The position numbers were made by a program, and so were the translations under genes. A stretch of DNA of 64,000 nt from Eutreptiella sp. 'Long Island Sound 2002'. Lineage: Eukaryota > Protista > Euglenida. Below are positions 23,795 through 36,068 of the stretch, piece by piece (position 1 is the first letter of the stretch; every line of letters starts with the position of its first letter). The notes under the pieces are model-generated. The model made no database searches. It was given only the letters and a program-made list of their open reading frames with translations, and was not told the origin of the DNA. The stretch lies in contig OZ038378.1 in NCBI GenBank assembly GCA_964036045.1, positions 14,198,001-14,262,000 on the forward strand, read 5' to 3'.

Positions 23795-25473
23795 GGGGGA
23801 TACAACAATTGTAAAATTCTGCAAAACACAAATAGGTTATGCTTGCAAATACCGGTCAAACAGCAGACCCCACTTGTCCATAGACACTACAATTCATAAA
23901 ACACATTGCGAAGCAAGCGACCAAGGCTCAACAGCTCAGAACATCACGGGAACCTGTCAACACATTCATGTGGCGTGACGCATGGTTTATTCCATGCTCA
24001 TGTTCTGAAAACGCTCTTAGATGCAGACATGCAGTCAGTGTCCGAAGATTGGGGTACTGGAGGCAGGGACTAGAGGCATCAAACGCGAGGAATGGAGGCA
24101 CTTGATGCCCGGGAAGGGGGCACTGGTGGCAGAAAACTGGCGCGCTGAACGCATGGGATTGGGGCACTGGCAGTTATCTCCGGGGGTGTTGTAGAGGACG
24201 CTAGCAAGCAAGCAAAGTGAAAGCCTTCATCAGTGTAACATGATCATGCTCAGAAAGCTGTGAACAGTCGACATTGGGCACTGTGCGCACATGTACACTG
24301 GGTGTACACATAAATTTTGTTTTCTGACCACCCGCCACCTGACGGTGCCCTCCTGTCCACAGCCCTGCCCTTTCTGACTCTCACGTCCCGTCGTATCCCA
24401 TACCACTGGACCGACAGGTTCCCCCACCCTCCTACTCAACACTATGTACGCTCACATGGGTATTTGTCTGCACTGCATCCTGTCATCTGTGGAGGGTCTG
24501 TCCTGCCTACCGGCACCCCCCTGCGGGCCACCAAAGCAAAACCACATGCAGGCACAACAGTGTGCACCCGGGCCGAAAACACTCACCCAGCCGCTCCCTC
24601 TCACATCCATGCATAAGCTGAGGGGAGGCCCGCTCACGCTCTGAAGGGACAGACAGCAATAGCGGACACCACTGCCAGAAGGGCACAGGTCAGCTGGCCA
24701 TAGGCACGATGCGTCCACCTCGCACCCGCTCGACCCCGGGCAGTGCCCCGCAGGGTGCCGGAGGGCGGGAACCAAACCAATCAATTGGGCATGGTAGGGT
24801 CTGAAGCAGTGCAAGGTGGAGTCACAAGCAGGGCACTCTCAGAAAATCAGCTCCATGACATGACATCCATGCAGATTACACCGGACAAAATTCTATGTCA
24901 CCTGTACCTTTCACTATCATTCCCCTGCCCTTTCGCGGTGCTGCCAAAAACCTGCTAAATCCATTCATGTATAGGCCTGGGGAGCACAGAGTGTTGTGGA
25001 ACTTTGACACTGTTTGGGAGCAAAAAAAAGTCGCCTACAGGGCAGGCTCATTGCATGATGCCCTTTCCCTCCCACTGGCCCCCAAACTATTCCTCCCAGA
25101 AAACAGGTGGGGCGCTAGGGCCTGTGTATGTCTGTACCACTCGCTCAGCCCCAGGTCTAGGACACTACACACACAGGGCTAACTATTGCTTGCTGGTTCT
25201 CCTGAAATGTTTCCCCTCGTTAAACCAGCAGTCAGCATCTACCAATACCCTGTGCACCTCTTAAGCACAACGATCAGTGTCTCACCGGCCATTAAGGCAG
25301 GCGCGCACAGGTGCGCACAGGCTCCCTGTCGCTCGGTCCGCCGTGTGCGTGCTCTCTCCCTTGTTTATACCATTGTCCGACCACCGCCTCAGGGAACCGC
25401 GCCCTCAGCCCGTGCTGATTGAAAAAGCGATCTACGGGCGGTTTCCACTAGCGGTGGCCATATCCCAAGATGC

Positions 25474-27681
25474 CTAGACCCCACAAGAATGAACGGAGGT
25501 TGGCGTACACATCACACCACAGGAGTGCAAACCATAAAGACTTCTGCATAATAGATGGCGTCTGGGCCTGCAAAACTGGGCCCGCATTAGGCGCTGAAGC
25601 AGGCAACCATGTGCCCATTCAGCCTCATCAGAGCAAAAGTTGTGCAGGTCCAGCACCACCCCTTCCCAAAGCAGCCTGAGTCCACTAGTTGGGGGAATAG
25701 AGGCCTCACACCACTGCATGGTGTCTGTGTGAACCTCCCATTTGAGTGGGACCTGGTACATGGACTTTAGCAGCTCAAACACCACTGGCTTAACAAGCGC
25801 AACCATGGAATCAGACATATTTATCAAGAAGATATATACGTTGTCCCGAAAACGCGCCAGGAAAATCAGTGGAGCTGCTGACCCCTGCTGAGATGTGGAA
25901 TCACTCAACTCCCCGATGATAAACTCAATAGGGGCAAACTGAGATAGAAAATCCTGCACCCTCGCCTTATCCCTCTTCGGTGTTCTCTTAACTATGTGAT
26001 GTGCCCTCCCTCCCGGGGCAATGTCCCATGGTACCACACCAAGAATAGGGACATCGACCCCGCTCACAGATCTCCAGGCCAACAGACGCTCCACCGGGGT
26101 CCACTAGCCCCTCAAACCTTTCGAGCGCACCAGGTCAGGGTCTGCTGTGAATCTGTGGTTGGATGCCCATACATCCTCGAACAGCTGGTGCGACGACCCG
26201 TCATGCAAACACACAAGAGACTCTGCACCTGGGAGCACTACACGAACAGCTGTGTCCAGACGCAGGCGATCCACACTTCCCTGCCAGGCTACCTGTCTGT
26301 CCGCCCTAACCTCCGAATCCTCTGCAAAGGTAAGATGCTCTTGATGCATAGCCTAGAGCTCAGCAATATGCGCTGCAAGGTGGCCACCAATAGGCACTCC
26401 CTGCTTGCCTTGCATCAGGACTACCATACCACATACCACAAGTGTATTCTCAAAGAGGTCCCCGCAAACAAACTGCTGGATCTCTCCCTCTGTCATGACC
26501 CTAAACTCGTCCGAAGTCGAATCACCAATCATGTCCAGACTTTTGTCGCCGCCTTTATGAAGGGCAAACACCAACTGCTGCTCGCGACGCGATTTTTTAG
26601 CTACCGACAACACGTGCAAAATAGCTGGCATGCAAACCTCTTATCCAATTCCCAGAACATGTCATCCACGTCCGCCTTCACAGGCACGACACAGGCTCTC
26701 CTCCCTTGCATGCAGAAAAGAGCAGAAACCAAATCCCTAACACCAATCATGACCGGGAGCGCTAGCGACATTAGCGTTGTGTACATCTCATGCAAAAGCA
26801 GTCGTAGCGCCCTCCCTACCAACTTCGCTAGACTCTGGGCCACAACGTGGGTAAACGCAAAGACGTCACGCCATTTTATTATCGGGGGGACAGCCATCTG
26901 ACCGCCACTTCAAAAGCGCAAAGGCACAGGGGGGCTGAAGATTGCGCTTGCCCGGCATCCCTGCAGGACGAAGCTGCTTCTGTGTCTGCCCCCCTTCTGG
27001 GCCCTGCTCTGTCTCACCCTGGTGGTCATCACCGTCCTTCAGGGATCGCAGCCACAGAACATTGCGACTCTTTTGCAGAGTCCGGTGCTAAGCGTGATCC
27101 ACACCATGGTTACACGCAATCTCTCGGATCCCCGCACCCCTGGTCCTCTCGATGATAAGGTCTAAGGCCATCACCCTGGCCTGCCGCTCACCGTGCGCCT
27201 AGCCCTCAACAGAAAAGCTAGGGCCAAGCAGTAGACCCTCAATCATATGACCACAATAACAGGCCTTCTCACAAAAGGTGAGGCTCTTGAGCCGCTCGCA
27301 CATACGCTCTACCCCTTGTGCTCGGTCATCCGGGCTTGGTATCACCGCCTGTCGGGCGTGGTGTGTAAAGACCAGAGGTAGTGCAGTGCCAAGCAGCACC
27401 GCCCACTGTTTTTCTGACCTACAAATAACATGTCCACTCTCATTACGTAATTCAGGCATACAATCCATCAAAGACGCGCAGTCGCACCGCTGTGAGCGGG
27501 CCCGCGCAGCCAGTGGGGCACTCACATCTTTCCTAACCTTATCATCGATAGAACGGAGGCATTGGGAGAAAGCAATGGGGGCACAAGAGGCACGGGGATG
27601 GGGCATTGGAGGCACTGCGTGGGGCAAGGCATGCATAGACCCAGCCAGTTCATAGGCTTTGTTGGTCGGGGCCGGGCGCAT
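25474..27681 (-). mobile_element. decayed retroelement reverse transcriptase, Penelope-like motif style
   Basis: RT motif A ADVDDMF (about 26679-26655), motif B' QGVPIGGHLAA (26403-26383) and motif C variant RFRDN (25854-25840). Segment 26631-25474 is one frame with two TAG stops, and there is a frameshift near 26640. Confidence 0.7.
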
Positions 27682-30600
27682 TGACTGTTAGATGGTAGGA
27701 CACTTTTGCGAACATCCAGCCAACGTGCCCGGTGTGTAGTCACTCAAGCTGTGCCTTCCCCCAATGGGACACCTTTAATGGTAAGATCCAGCACGAGCAC
27801 AGTAATTACCAGCCTACAAGTTATGTGGCAAAGCAAGTTGTTGTTTTGAAGAAGTTCATTGATCACTCATTCATAGCCCTAGCTTCACCGGTAGGTCCTC
27901 AATGGCTGAGTGACCTAGTGCAATACGACGACTGACAATCTCCACATGGCGTTGTGGGGTGTTCATGCCATAGAAACCCCTTTATTCTAAACATCTCATG
28001 CATTCAAACATTCAACACATTGCATCACATGCGACTAGTATCTTGGGGAGAACTTGAGGGAAAGGGCACAGATTGGTCACGCGCATGAGAGGCACACCAA
28101 GCACACTTCTTGGCACAAAGACTAAAGGTAGGGTAGTACTCAATGGGTGTATGAGCCCATACCCATACCTGACAAATTGTGAGCAACTCGGGTCTGTTCT
28201 CACCCGTGTTCGGTAAGGCTACAAATTGCAAAAAGAAGCCTCTCAAAATTCACCTCGCTTAAGGGATTTGTCAAGGAAAGGCGGGGGGCAAAGACGAGCA
28301 ACTAGTCCTGTTCACAAATGCATTCACAAATCATTAACCCGTTTTTCTGCCAAAAAAAGACCGGCTGTGGTGAGCGAACCTCACACGGGTTAATGGCCCG
28401 TTTTATTTAAATCCATAAATTCCGTTCCTTTGGGTTGTTGTCAAGGAATACCAGCAGGCACATCGCCAGCACAACACAAATGCATTCGATTTGTACACTT
28501 GGCTACCAAACACAAACGTGTGTAATACAAAATCATATTCCAGAAAGTGGACCACTGGTGCCTGCGTGATGCAATGGAATAGCGACCCCTTTGCAATCCA
28601 CATGCTCCCCTTTGACTGGTGGTCACCACCATTTTGCCTCCATTATCTTGGTTCGCTTTCAAGCTTCGGATGCAAGTGTGAGCAATTTTTTCAGTGTTCA
28701 GGGTGTTCTGTTGGTGCTCATGGTTGATGCGTGATGAGCCGTGTTTCGCATTTTCTCCCATTCATCTTTCTTTGGAGAGCCTTGTGTCAAAAAATCACTC
28801 ATATCACTACCCATCAACCACATTCTTTCGTGAGATTTGCATGCCAACCTCCACAGCTTGGCGCCATGTTTCTCGCCGTCTAAAGATGACAAGGCACGTG
28901 GCCAAAGGTAACTTGTTGCTCGGGCAACACCAATACTTCACAGTAGTCTATCATCTCTAAAATTGAGATGGTACATTGACAAATGTCACATTGTGACCTG
29001 TTCCAAGAGGACTTTCACAATGACGTCGGCCTATCCATTGACGGGGTGACACCGCGACAATTTCTTAGTGCAAAAGCTAGGGTAATTTTGTGGATGATCC
29101 CAACAGTACTGATGGCATGGGTGACACTTTGCCATTCACATTATGTCGAGCAGATTAGCTCTCTTTGCTCTTTGCTCTGTACATGAAATCACGAGCATAG
29201 TGTTCACTTAGGCGTTTTGCCTTCGGGCGTTGTCTTGTCGTGTGGCTTGTGAAATCAACTGTGCAATGGGACCGAGCGCGGGCCAAAATGAAGAACGTTT
29301 CACGACGACACAAAGGAAAGGGGGTTCGCACAAGGTGGCCCGGAGCAATGTGATAAGACCTAGTTGCACACCACATCCACAAGTATTACTCTCCCCATGT
29401 GTACACAATGCAAATGCATCGGTTGAGTTCCTTGAGCTCAATTAAAGCCGTGTTCATAGCACTGGACCGGGTGTGAAATGTAGTGGAGGGAAACTAGCCA
29501 TAGCTGGAGCGGCTGGTGGGTTGAGAATAGGGAGAGGACCCCCCCCCCCCCCCCTGTTCCATAAACGGCACGTATACATCCGAGTGAAAGTGCTTTCCAA
29601 CATGGCAACCCGATGAGGCCGGGATATATTACTTCACTTAATCAATTGCAACACAATGCAAAGCAAGCGAGCAGGGCTCAACAGCTCAAAGACATGGAAC
29701 CTGCCAAGTACCATCAATTGATTATTTCTTCTGGTGCATTGCCCGCTTCTACCTTACAGTGATATCTCATGTCCATACTTCCAAGTGGTAAGCAAAATTG
29801 TATGGCGCTCTCGTTTGGATGCAAAGTTGTGGTGGCCATTCCAAGGTGTTCAAAAACACGGGCTTGCGCATTTGGATGTGGGAACTTTTGTACAACATTT
29901 ATTGTGAGCCTTTTGACATTTTGAGGCTCACATTGTAATACACCCTTGTGTCGTTGAAAAATCACCCGTTTGTGCTTTACTACCACGCTTTCTGTCAAGG
30001 ATTGGCAGCGAAACGTCATGTGAAACGGGGTGTGCGACATTTAAGTTCCATCATGAGTGAAGTGTGTATGCAACACCTTCGGCATAAAAGCAATAGTATG
30101 CCTCACTTTCCGTTTAGCATGGGTAGTTGGGACTCAGTCCCAATTGTCATTGTGCAAGGTCGCAGCCGTTCCTAGCCGAAAGACGGAAAATCCATGGTTA
30201 AATTTCAAGCAATAAGTAGTGACCTTGGTGCCGTTGCATAAAAAGAGGCACTGCTGCTGTAAGCTTGTAGAATCGTGAAGCTAAGAACGCTTTCTGTCGT
30301 GCCTACAAACAAGATTGATTACAAATTACTACTGTCGAGCATGGGTTTTGATGTTTTCATCTGCCCGCACACTTTCTAACGCAGTGATTAGGATTGAAAT
30401 TTTCGTGAAAATTGACGATTTTAAATTTCAAGTGAAATTTAATGTGAAAATTTCGTGAAATTTTCAATGCTTTATGAATACACACATGTGGGCAACAATA
30501 TTTGTTGTTGTAGGCCGCTCCATGCATGGCTTTTTGGGGTCACACATACAAGGGGACGTAGCCACCATGTACTTATTCGCTATGTCTAACTTCTCGACGT

Positions 30601-31894
30601 GTATAAAACGCAACCTCACGGATGCCGTGAGCCACCTCTCTTCGTCTTTGTGCAACATTCTTCGGATCCATATGGTTGGCACGGCAAAGCGAGGCAACAC
30701 GGAGACTTATCAAAGTAACATCACAAACCAAGTTGAGAATGCAAGAATGTAGTGTGTGCTTTCGTCTCCACATTGCATGAGTCTCGTGCATGTGCATGGG
30801 TGTGTGCATAATTTTAGTATAACACTTCATGTGGCTCATGGTTCGTGTGTGGCACTCCCAATCACGCAACTTGCACCATTCAGGCCCCCAGGCTGTGTCC
30901 TGGGCGCCCTGCTGTGGTTAGCGTTCTAGCGTAATACATTCTTTGATCATGCCATGATGGTGGCTCCCCAGCCCAAACATGTCCAAACATGAAGGGTCGT
31001 CGTTGGCACACCAAACCAAAGACAATCTAGCAAGCCCCCTGAGCCTGTTAGTACTATCTACTCAAATGTGTACCTACAATATGCCGTGCACCTGCGGTTG
31101 TCCACGGGCGACCTTAAATCAATCTGTTACATGACAAACCACACAATCTCACAAAGGTCTATCCTTCGTATCAGGCATTTAATCCTAAAAAAATTAGCAA
31201 CATTATCCCGCAATTTGATATTCAAGTACCCGTTCTCTTCCCTGCAACAAAGACAAATAAGCACAAAATGTCTTCTCGTCGCGCCTGTGTATGCACGATA
31301 GCCGAAGACTCCTTCCCGGCGCAAGGCGGCTCTGCACATGGTCTCTCTGCTGCCGGCGGTAGGTTTTTTGTTGCGGGCGGCAGCGGCGGATAGTCCTGCA
31401 CTTCAAAAGTCCCAGTTTAAAAGTCTCATTTTGGTTATTTCCATTTACAATTTATTTGGCTGTTCTTTCTATTCGTATTACTAGATGGCAGGCCCCATGC
31501 GCTACAGACCAGACAGTGCTGGAATCAAGCTCGCGTTTGTTTGTGGAGAATGTGGTACAATATGCTACTTTGCAACCTCAAGAGTTCCATTCCAAGGTTA
31601 TCAATAAGTGTGCCAATTGGTCACAAGCAGGCTATGGTTGCCTGTCTGGCATATCAGTAAAATCCGTGAAACTGTCTCATAACAAATTAGGTTTTGGCCT
31701 TTTTAGTACACTAGCAGCGCATCCAAAGGCCACCCTAGAGTTGCCCGTTTGACCCTCCGTGAGGCATACGAAGATTATGACCAGGAGATGCGCAACCTTG
31801 CATGTGGCAAAGTAGGTTGTGCTTGGCTGTGCCGTGGTTTTTTTACTGAAAACGCACTGTTTGTAAACATCACGACTGAAAATTTGTTGCTTGC

Positions 31895-32080
31895 GAAAAT
31901 ATAACGACAGGCCACGCCACCAATCAACCAGTGGTACCGACGGTGGAGCAGGAATTTGAAGAGGGCTGTGGCTTGGGCCCCGCCAACGGGCCCATGTACC
32001 GGCGGGGGAACCATGGTTTGAACCTCCGACAACGACGATTGTCAATCCACGGCACAGAATACTAGACCGTCCATGTCTCT
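31895..32080 (-). mobile_element. tRNA-headed SINE-like element, copy 2 (full-length head)
   Basis: GACATGGACGGTCTAGT...GGAGGTTCAAACC head, plus about 110 bp of body alignable with 945-1110. Confidence 0.6.
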
Positions 32081-33136
32081 TATTTTTTAACGATGAAAAT
32101 TGCATACTTGTTTTTCAAATTGCAATGTAAGAGTGCATACTTGTTATGACGTGTGCGCTTCACATGACAATTCCGTCAACCAGCCATAGCTGCTATAGAC
32201 ACAACCATGCCCTAAAGCAGGCCTGGGTTGCAAACGGCCCTAGAATGCCTTTCTCCACCAACATTTTTGGCAATGCCGTTGTCACAGCAATAGAGTAGTG
32301 AATTGTGCTGAACTCAACTGTGATAAGAGGAAGTGCAATGTGACAACGGGTGCCACCAATTGCGCTACAGCAATTCGGGGTCCAACTTAAGAGCCAAATC
32401 CTGAAAAATATCTTTGGAATCACTCACTTGCGTGCGCTTTGCGGGTGGAAAAAGTAATGCTCGGAAGACCGGTTGGAGGTCTCTGCCACACACTCGTCCC
32501 TTTGAGGGCTAAGCGGCTCTCGTGTGACCAGTCTTGATGTGCGGGTGTCGGAAACACAAAACATATAGGGTGGAGGTGGTTGTGGATGTGGATATAGTTG
32601 TGGATGTGGATGTGGATGTGGAGGAGGCCAGGCTGAAGCGGTTGCAAGAAGCGAAGCGGTTGAAGGCACAAGAGGAGCACTTGAAGTTCATGGCACACAA
32701 GGCAGACGAGGATCCGGAGGGGTCGGAGCAGCACAACCCTGAAAAAATCTCGTCCAAGGACGACCCCGGCGACGAAGTTCACTCGAAGCCCAAGGCGCTC
32801 AAGGGACCACCACGTTTTGTGGTGGCGGGGCCCGCGAGAGGCGGTGTGAATTAAGGACAATCAGCGCAAAAGAGACCAGGACCGAGGCGAACCGCAGAGG
32901 TGCTGCGTATGTAACTACGAAGCCAACTCTAGATATTGTACATTCGCCAACTCCTGGTCAACTCCATGTCGAGAGCATTCAACTTGCTTGTACTTGTGCA
33001 CTGTGTTGTTGCTACGCCTTGTGCATGAAACGTGACGAACTATCTATATTTTACAGCTTATGGTTGCGTTGCTTTGTTGTTATGTTGCAATATGTGGGTT
33101 TTTTGGGTCGAAGCCAACTTTTTGGAAGCCAAGTCA

Positions 33137-33217
33137 AAGTTGGCGCGCCAACTTGGCACTTGGCGCGCGCCAACTGCAAAGTTGGCGCGCGCCAAGTCCG
33201 GTTTTGGCGCGCGCCAA
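33137..33217. promoter_or_regulatory. array of four TTGGCGCG(CG)CCAA palindromes upstream of a polypyrimidine/AG acceptor
   Basis: Copies start at 33140, 33160, 33182 and 33204. The first is an 18-bp perfect palindrome (33137-33154). The acceptor AG is at 33287-33288. A regulatory role is inferred only. Confidence 0.45.
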
Positions 33218-33429
33218 CTGCCCCATTCTTCCTGTTTGTTTGCACCCCGTGCCCCTTACACCCTTCATGCATTCCCTTTGCCTTTTAGGCATCTCATATT
33301 CTCTTATTCTTCTGATGCGTGCAAAGCAACCCAAGAAGGGCAAGGGGAAGAAGGTGACAAAAACAATTTGGTGGCCACGCAGCAGACCTTCGAGCACATG
33401 TACCTGCACACCGCAAGGGTACGGTACCA

Positions 33430-34807
33430 TTACCGGAATTGTTTGGAGATGGGTGGACCGATCGTCAAGAAGAAAGGCGAGGCTGGCCGAACGGAGGCAA
33501 GGGATTTGCGGGAGACCCTCGGTTATGCCCTGTGCTGCGTCGTGAACTGTTCGCAACCCGTCGCCATGGATTACCTCGGAGTCCGCGCGCACCAGGGGCG
33601 GGGACGTCAAGGACCAAGCTGATGCAGAGATACCGGCTCACCGCCGCTGAGGCAGATGCAGTTGCAGGTATTTTTGCTTTGCGACCGTATCCTCACGTAT
33701 CCTCGGCCGTATTCGTAGACACTTTGTCGTATCCCCGCTGAATTCCACCGTATCCTCGGCCGTAGCCGTCGACAATTTGTCATATCCTCGCTGAATTCTA
33801 CCGTATCCTCGGCCGTAGCCGTAGACACTTTATCATATCCTTGCCGAATCTCACCACATTTGTATCCACGGATGACAAAGGAACGGAGATTGCCGGCTGT
33901 CCTACATGCATGGATGTCCCGGAGGATGACGAAGGCAAGCCGCCTGCTTCATTCATTGGAGAGGGTATCCCACCAGCACCGCGGTCGGAACCTCTTCGGG
34001 CATTGGGATCCGCTGCGGCAGGGGGAGTTGGAGTTGTACAAGGGCTTCTTGGACCTGTCGGCAATGCGGGCTGGACGCCGTGGGCCGCGTTCATTGCATC
34101 TGAGGACGCAGGACCTGGTCGATCTGCCGGTGGACGAGCTGAGCGACAAGTACGTCCAGGCCATGAAGCACGTGCACGTGATGGCCAGTATGCTTACCGG
34201 CATCCACAACTTCGACGAGTTGCCCGTGGCAGGGAGTTACCGCTTGGTGTCGGAGGCGGATTGGGATCGACGATGCCGATCGCAAAAGAAGGCGAAGCGC
34301 AAGGTGCGGACACTGCGCGCGCAACTGGGGTAGGATCTGGAGGAAGACCAGTTCTCAACGACGAGCTCGAGCGACAATATGCCAAGTGAAGGCACGCGGG
34401 TGGCCCACCGGGAGCGCCGCAAGAAGAGGAGCAAAGCCAAAAGGTAGCGTCTTGCCACGGAGCAGGCTATGAAGGACGAAGCCCAGCGGGAGAAGATTCA
34501 GGAGCTGCAGCGGAAGCTGAAGGAGTTGGAGAAGGAGAGGGCGGCAGTGCCAGCAGCAGGTGGCGCCGAGCATGCAGCAACGACGGACGTGGCACCGGAG
34601 GTGGCCGCACCGGTGGTCGCCGCACCGGTGGAAGCGGTGGCTCCCGAGGAGGCAGTCGGAGAAGCCGAGGCCGCAGCAGCGCCGGTGGGGCATGCGGAGG
34701 CGCCGCAGATGCAGCAGGACCCGGCGGTGGCAGGCGAGACGCAGGAGGAGCCCACACACCAGCTTTTCCAAGGTGCTGATGTCGCTGAAGATGAGCCGTT
34801 CCACACG
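33430..34807 (+). pseudogene. decayed intron-containing gene of unknown (probably transposon) origin; host of the LTR insertion
   Basis: ORFs 33860-34333 and 34469-34927 are one frame broken by TAG at 34331 and 34445. Donor-like sites are CAG|GTATTT (about 33668) and ACG|GTATGT (34808). Features a CPTC motif and a coiled-coil stretch. Confidence 0.45.
33696..33854 (+). repeat. 53-bp tandem repeat x3
   Basis: Units start at 33696, 33749 and 33802 (CGTATCCTCGGCCGTAGCCGTAGACACTTT...). Confidence 0.9.
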
Positions 34808-34929
34808 GTATGTCATGGCTCAGGGTCTGGGGCTACGCACATTCTGTTTGCGGCTACGGGTGAGGTTACACTTACAGTTGTCAGGGATACGGATAGTTGT
34901 CTGCGGATACGGCAGGGGATACGGTAGTG

Positions 34930-36068
34930 TGAAGCCGGTTCGGACCCCCGTGGCCATCTTGGGGTCACTTGGGGTGTGTATCTATGTGCCGGCAAGCCGC
35001 CATTGGCTGATATCATACTCTCCCATCCACCTGGACTAACCCGATGTGATAGTGTGATAGGTTTGGCCATTCCGGCTATGAGCGGCCATATTCAGAACCG
35101 AGGCACCGCCAGCGGAGATTTATATATCGGAATATGGGGAATCAACAGGGTTTTATTATCATAATGTTTCCGTAATTTTTCAGCCTTGCGTTCTGGTGGT
35201 CAATGTATCGGCGACTGTCAGTTGGCTCGCGATTTTGCGTTAACCGACTGGTTAACTGTTATTTCCAGATATTTTGGCGGAAACGTTTCTGAAGGGTCAG
35301 ATTTCATCTGTAAAGGGTTCGTTGCTTCCGCAATTTTCTAAATAAGCACTCGAAATTTTAATCGGAATTTTTCGTGATGTCGAAATCGGATTTTCGACTT
35401 CGACATCGCCGCACTTGATTTGGACTTCTTCGAGTGGTCATACTCCTTCCCCTATGCCCGAATCAGGTTTCCCTTATACTTGCCACCCATTTGACTTGGA
35501 GATATAAGGGAAACAAAATCGAATCGTGGGATCACTTTGAAGAGCCATATCTACGCGCGAGTGTGAGGAATGAGAATAAGGAAGGTTGGGTTGGAACTGC
35601 CTTGGTCTCAACTTAATTTAGGAAGCATCAAACGCCTTTGGTGCGCACACATGCCCGGTGTAGCAAGGGAAAAGCGTCAAGAGGGTATAAAGTGATATAT
35701 AACTCTTGGACCGTGCAACCGAATATTTTAATGCGACTTTCGAGTGTGCCGCATGAGTGTTGGGGTTGTATAGCAACTTTCCTTGGGTTCCTACGTATTT
35801 TTAACGTGAAGTTATGTCAATGGAGGGACATGGCATATCATGGTGGGAGCCACATTTTGAGGGTATTTGTTATATGCATGGTATATGTTTGATATGCTCA
35901 CGCCCATGTTATATATCTGCGTGTGGCCGAAGAGATGGGGAGCCATACGTGACAAGGGCTTTGCCCATGTCCCAATTGTGGAATTCAAAGCGCTAGACCA
36001 AGTCTACCGCATATGTATTGCTCATGGTATGTTTGACAAAGAGATCCATGGGTGCACTCCCATTTTCA
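34930..36068 (+). repeat. 5' LTR
   Basis: Identical to 45778-46916 except one C/G difference near 35675 (compared by eye). Confidence 0.95.

Noticed and set aside
31670-31720. SET-domain-like start (VKLSHNKLGFGLFST), and a similar FPIGDGLFV near 53330
   Set aside because: Only the short GxGLF motif is present, and no downstream SET motifs (NHSC, ELxxDY) were found.
33696-33854. CRISPR-like appearance of this array and the one at 11357-11650
   Set aside because: The units are contiguous degenerate tandem copies without unique spacers, the context is eukaryotic, and there are no cas genes.
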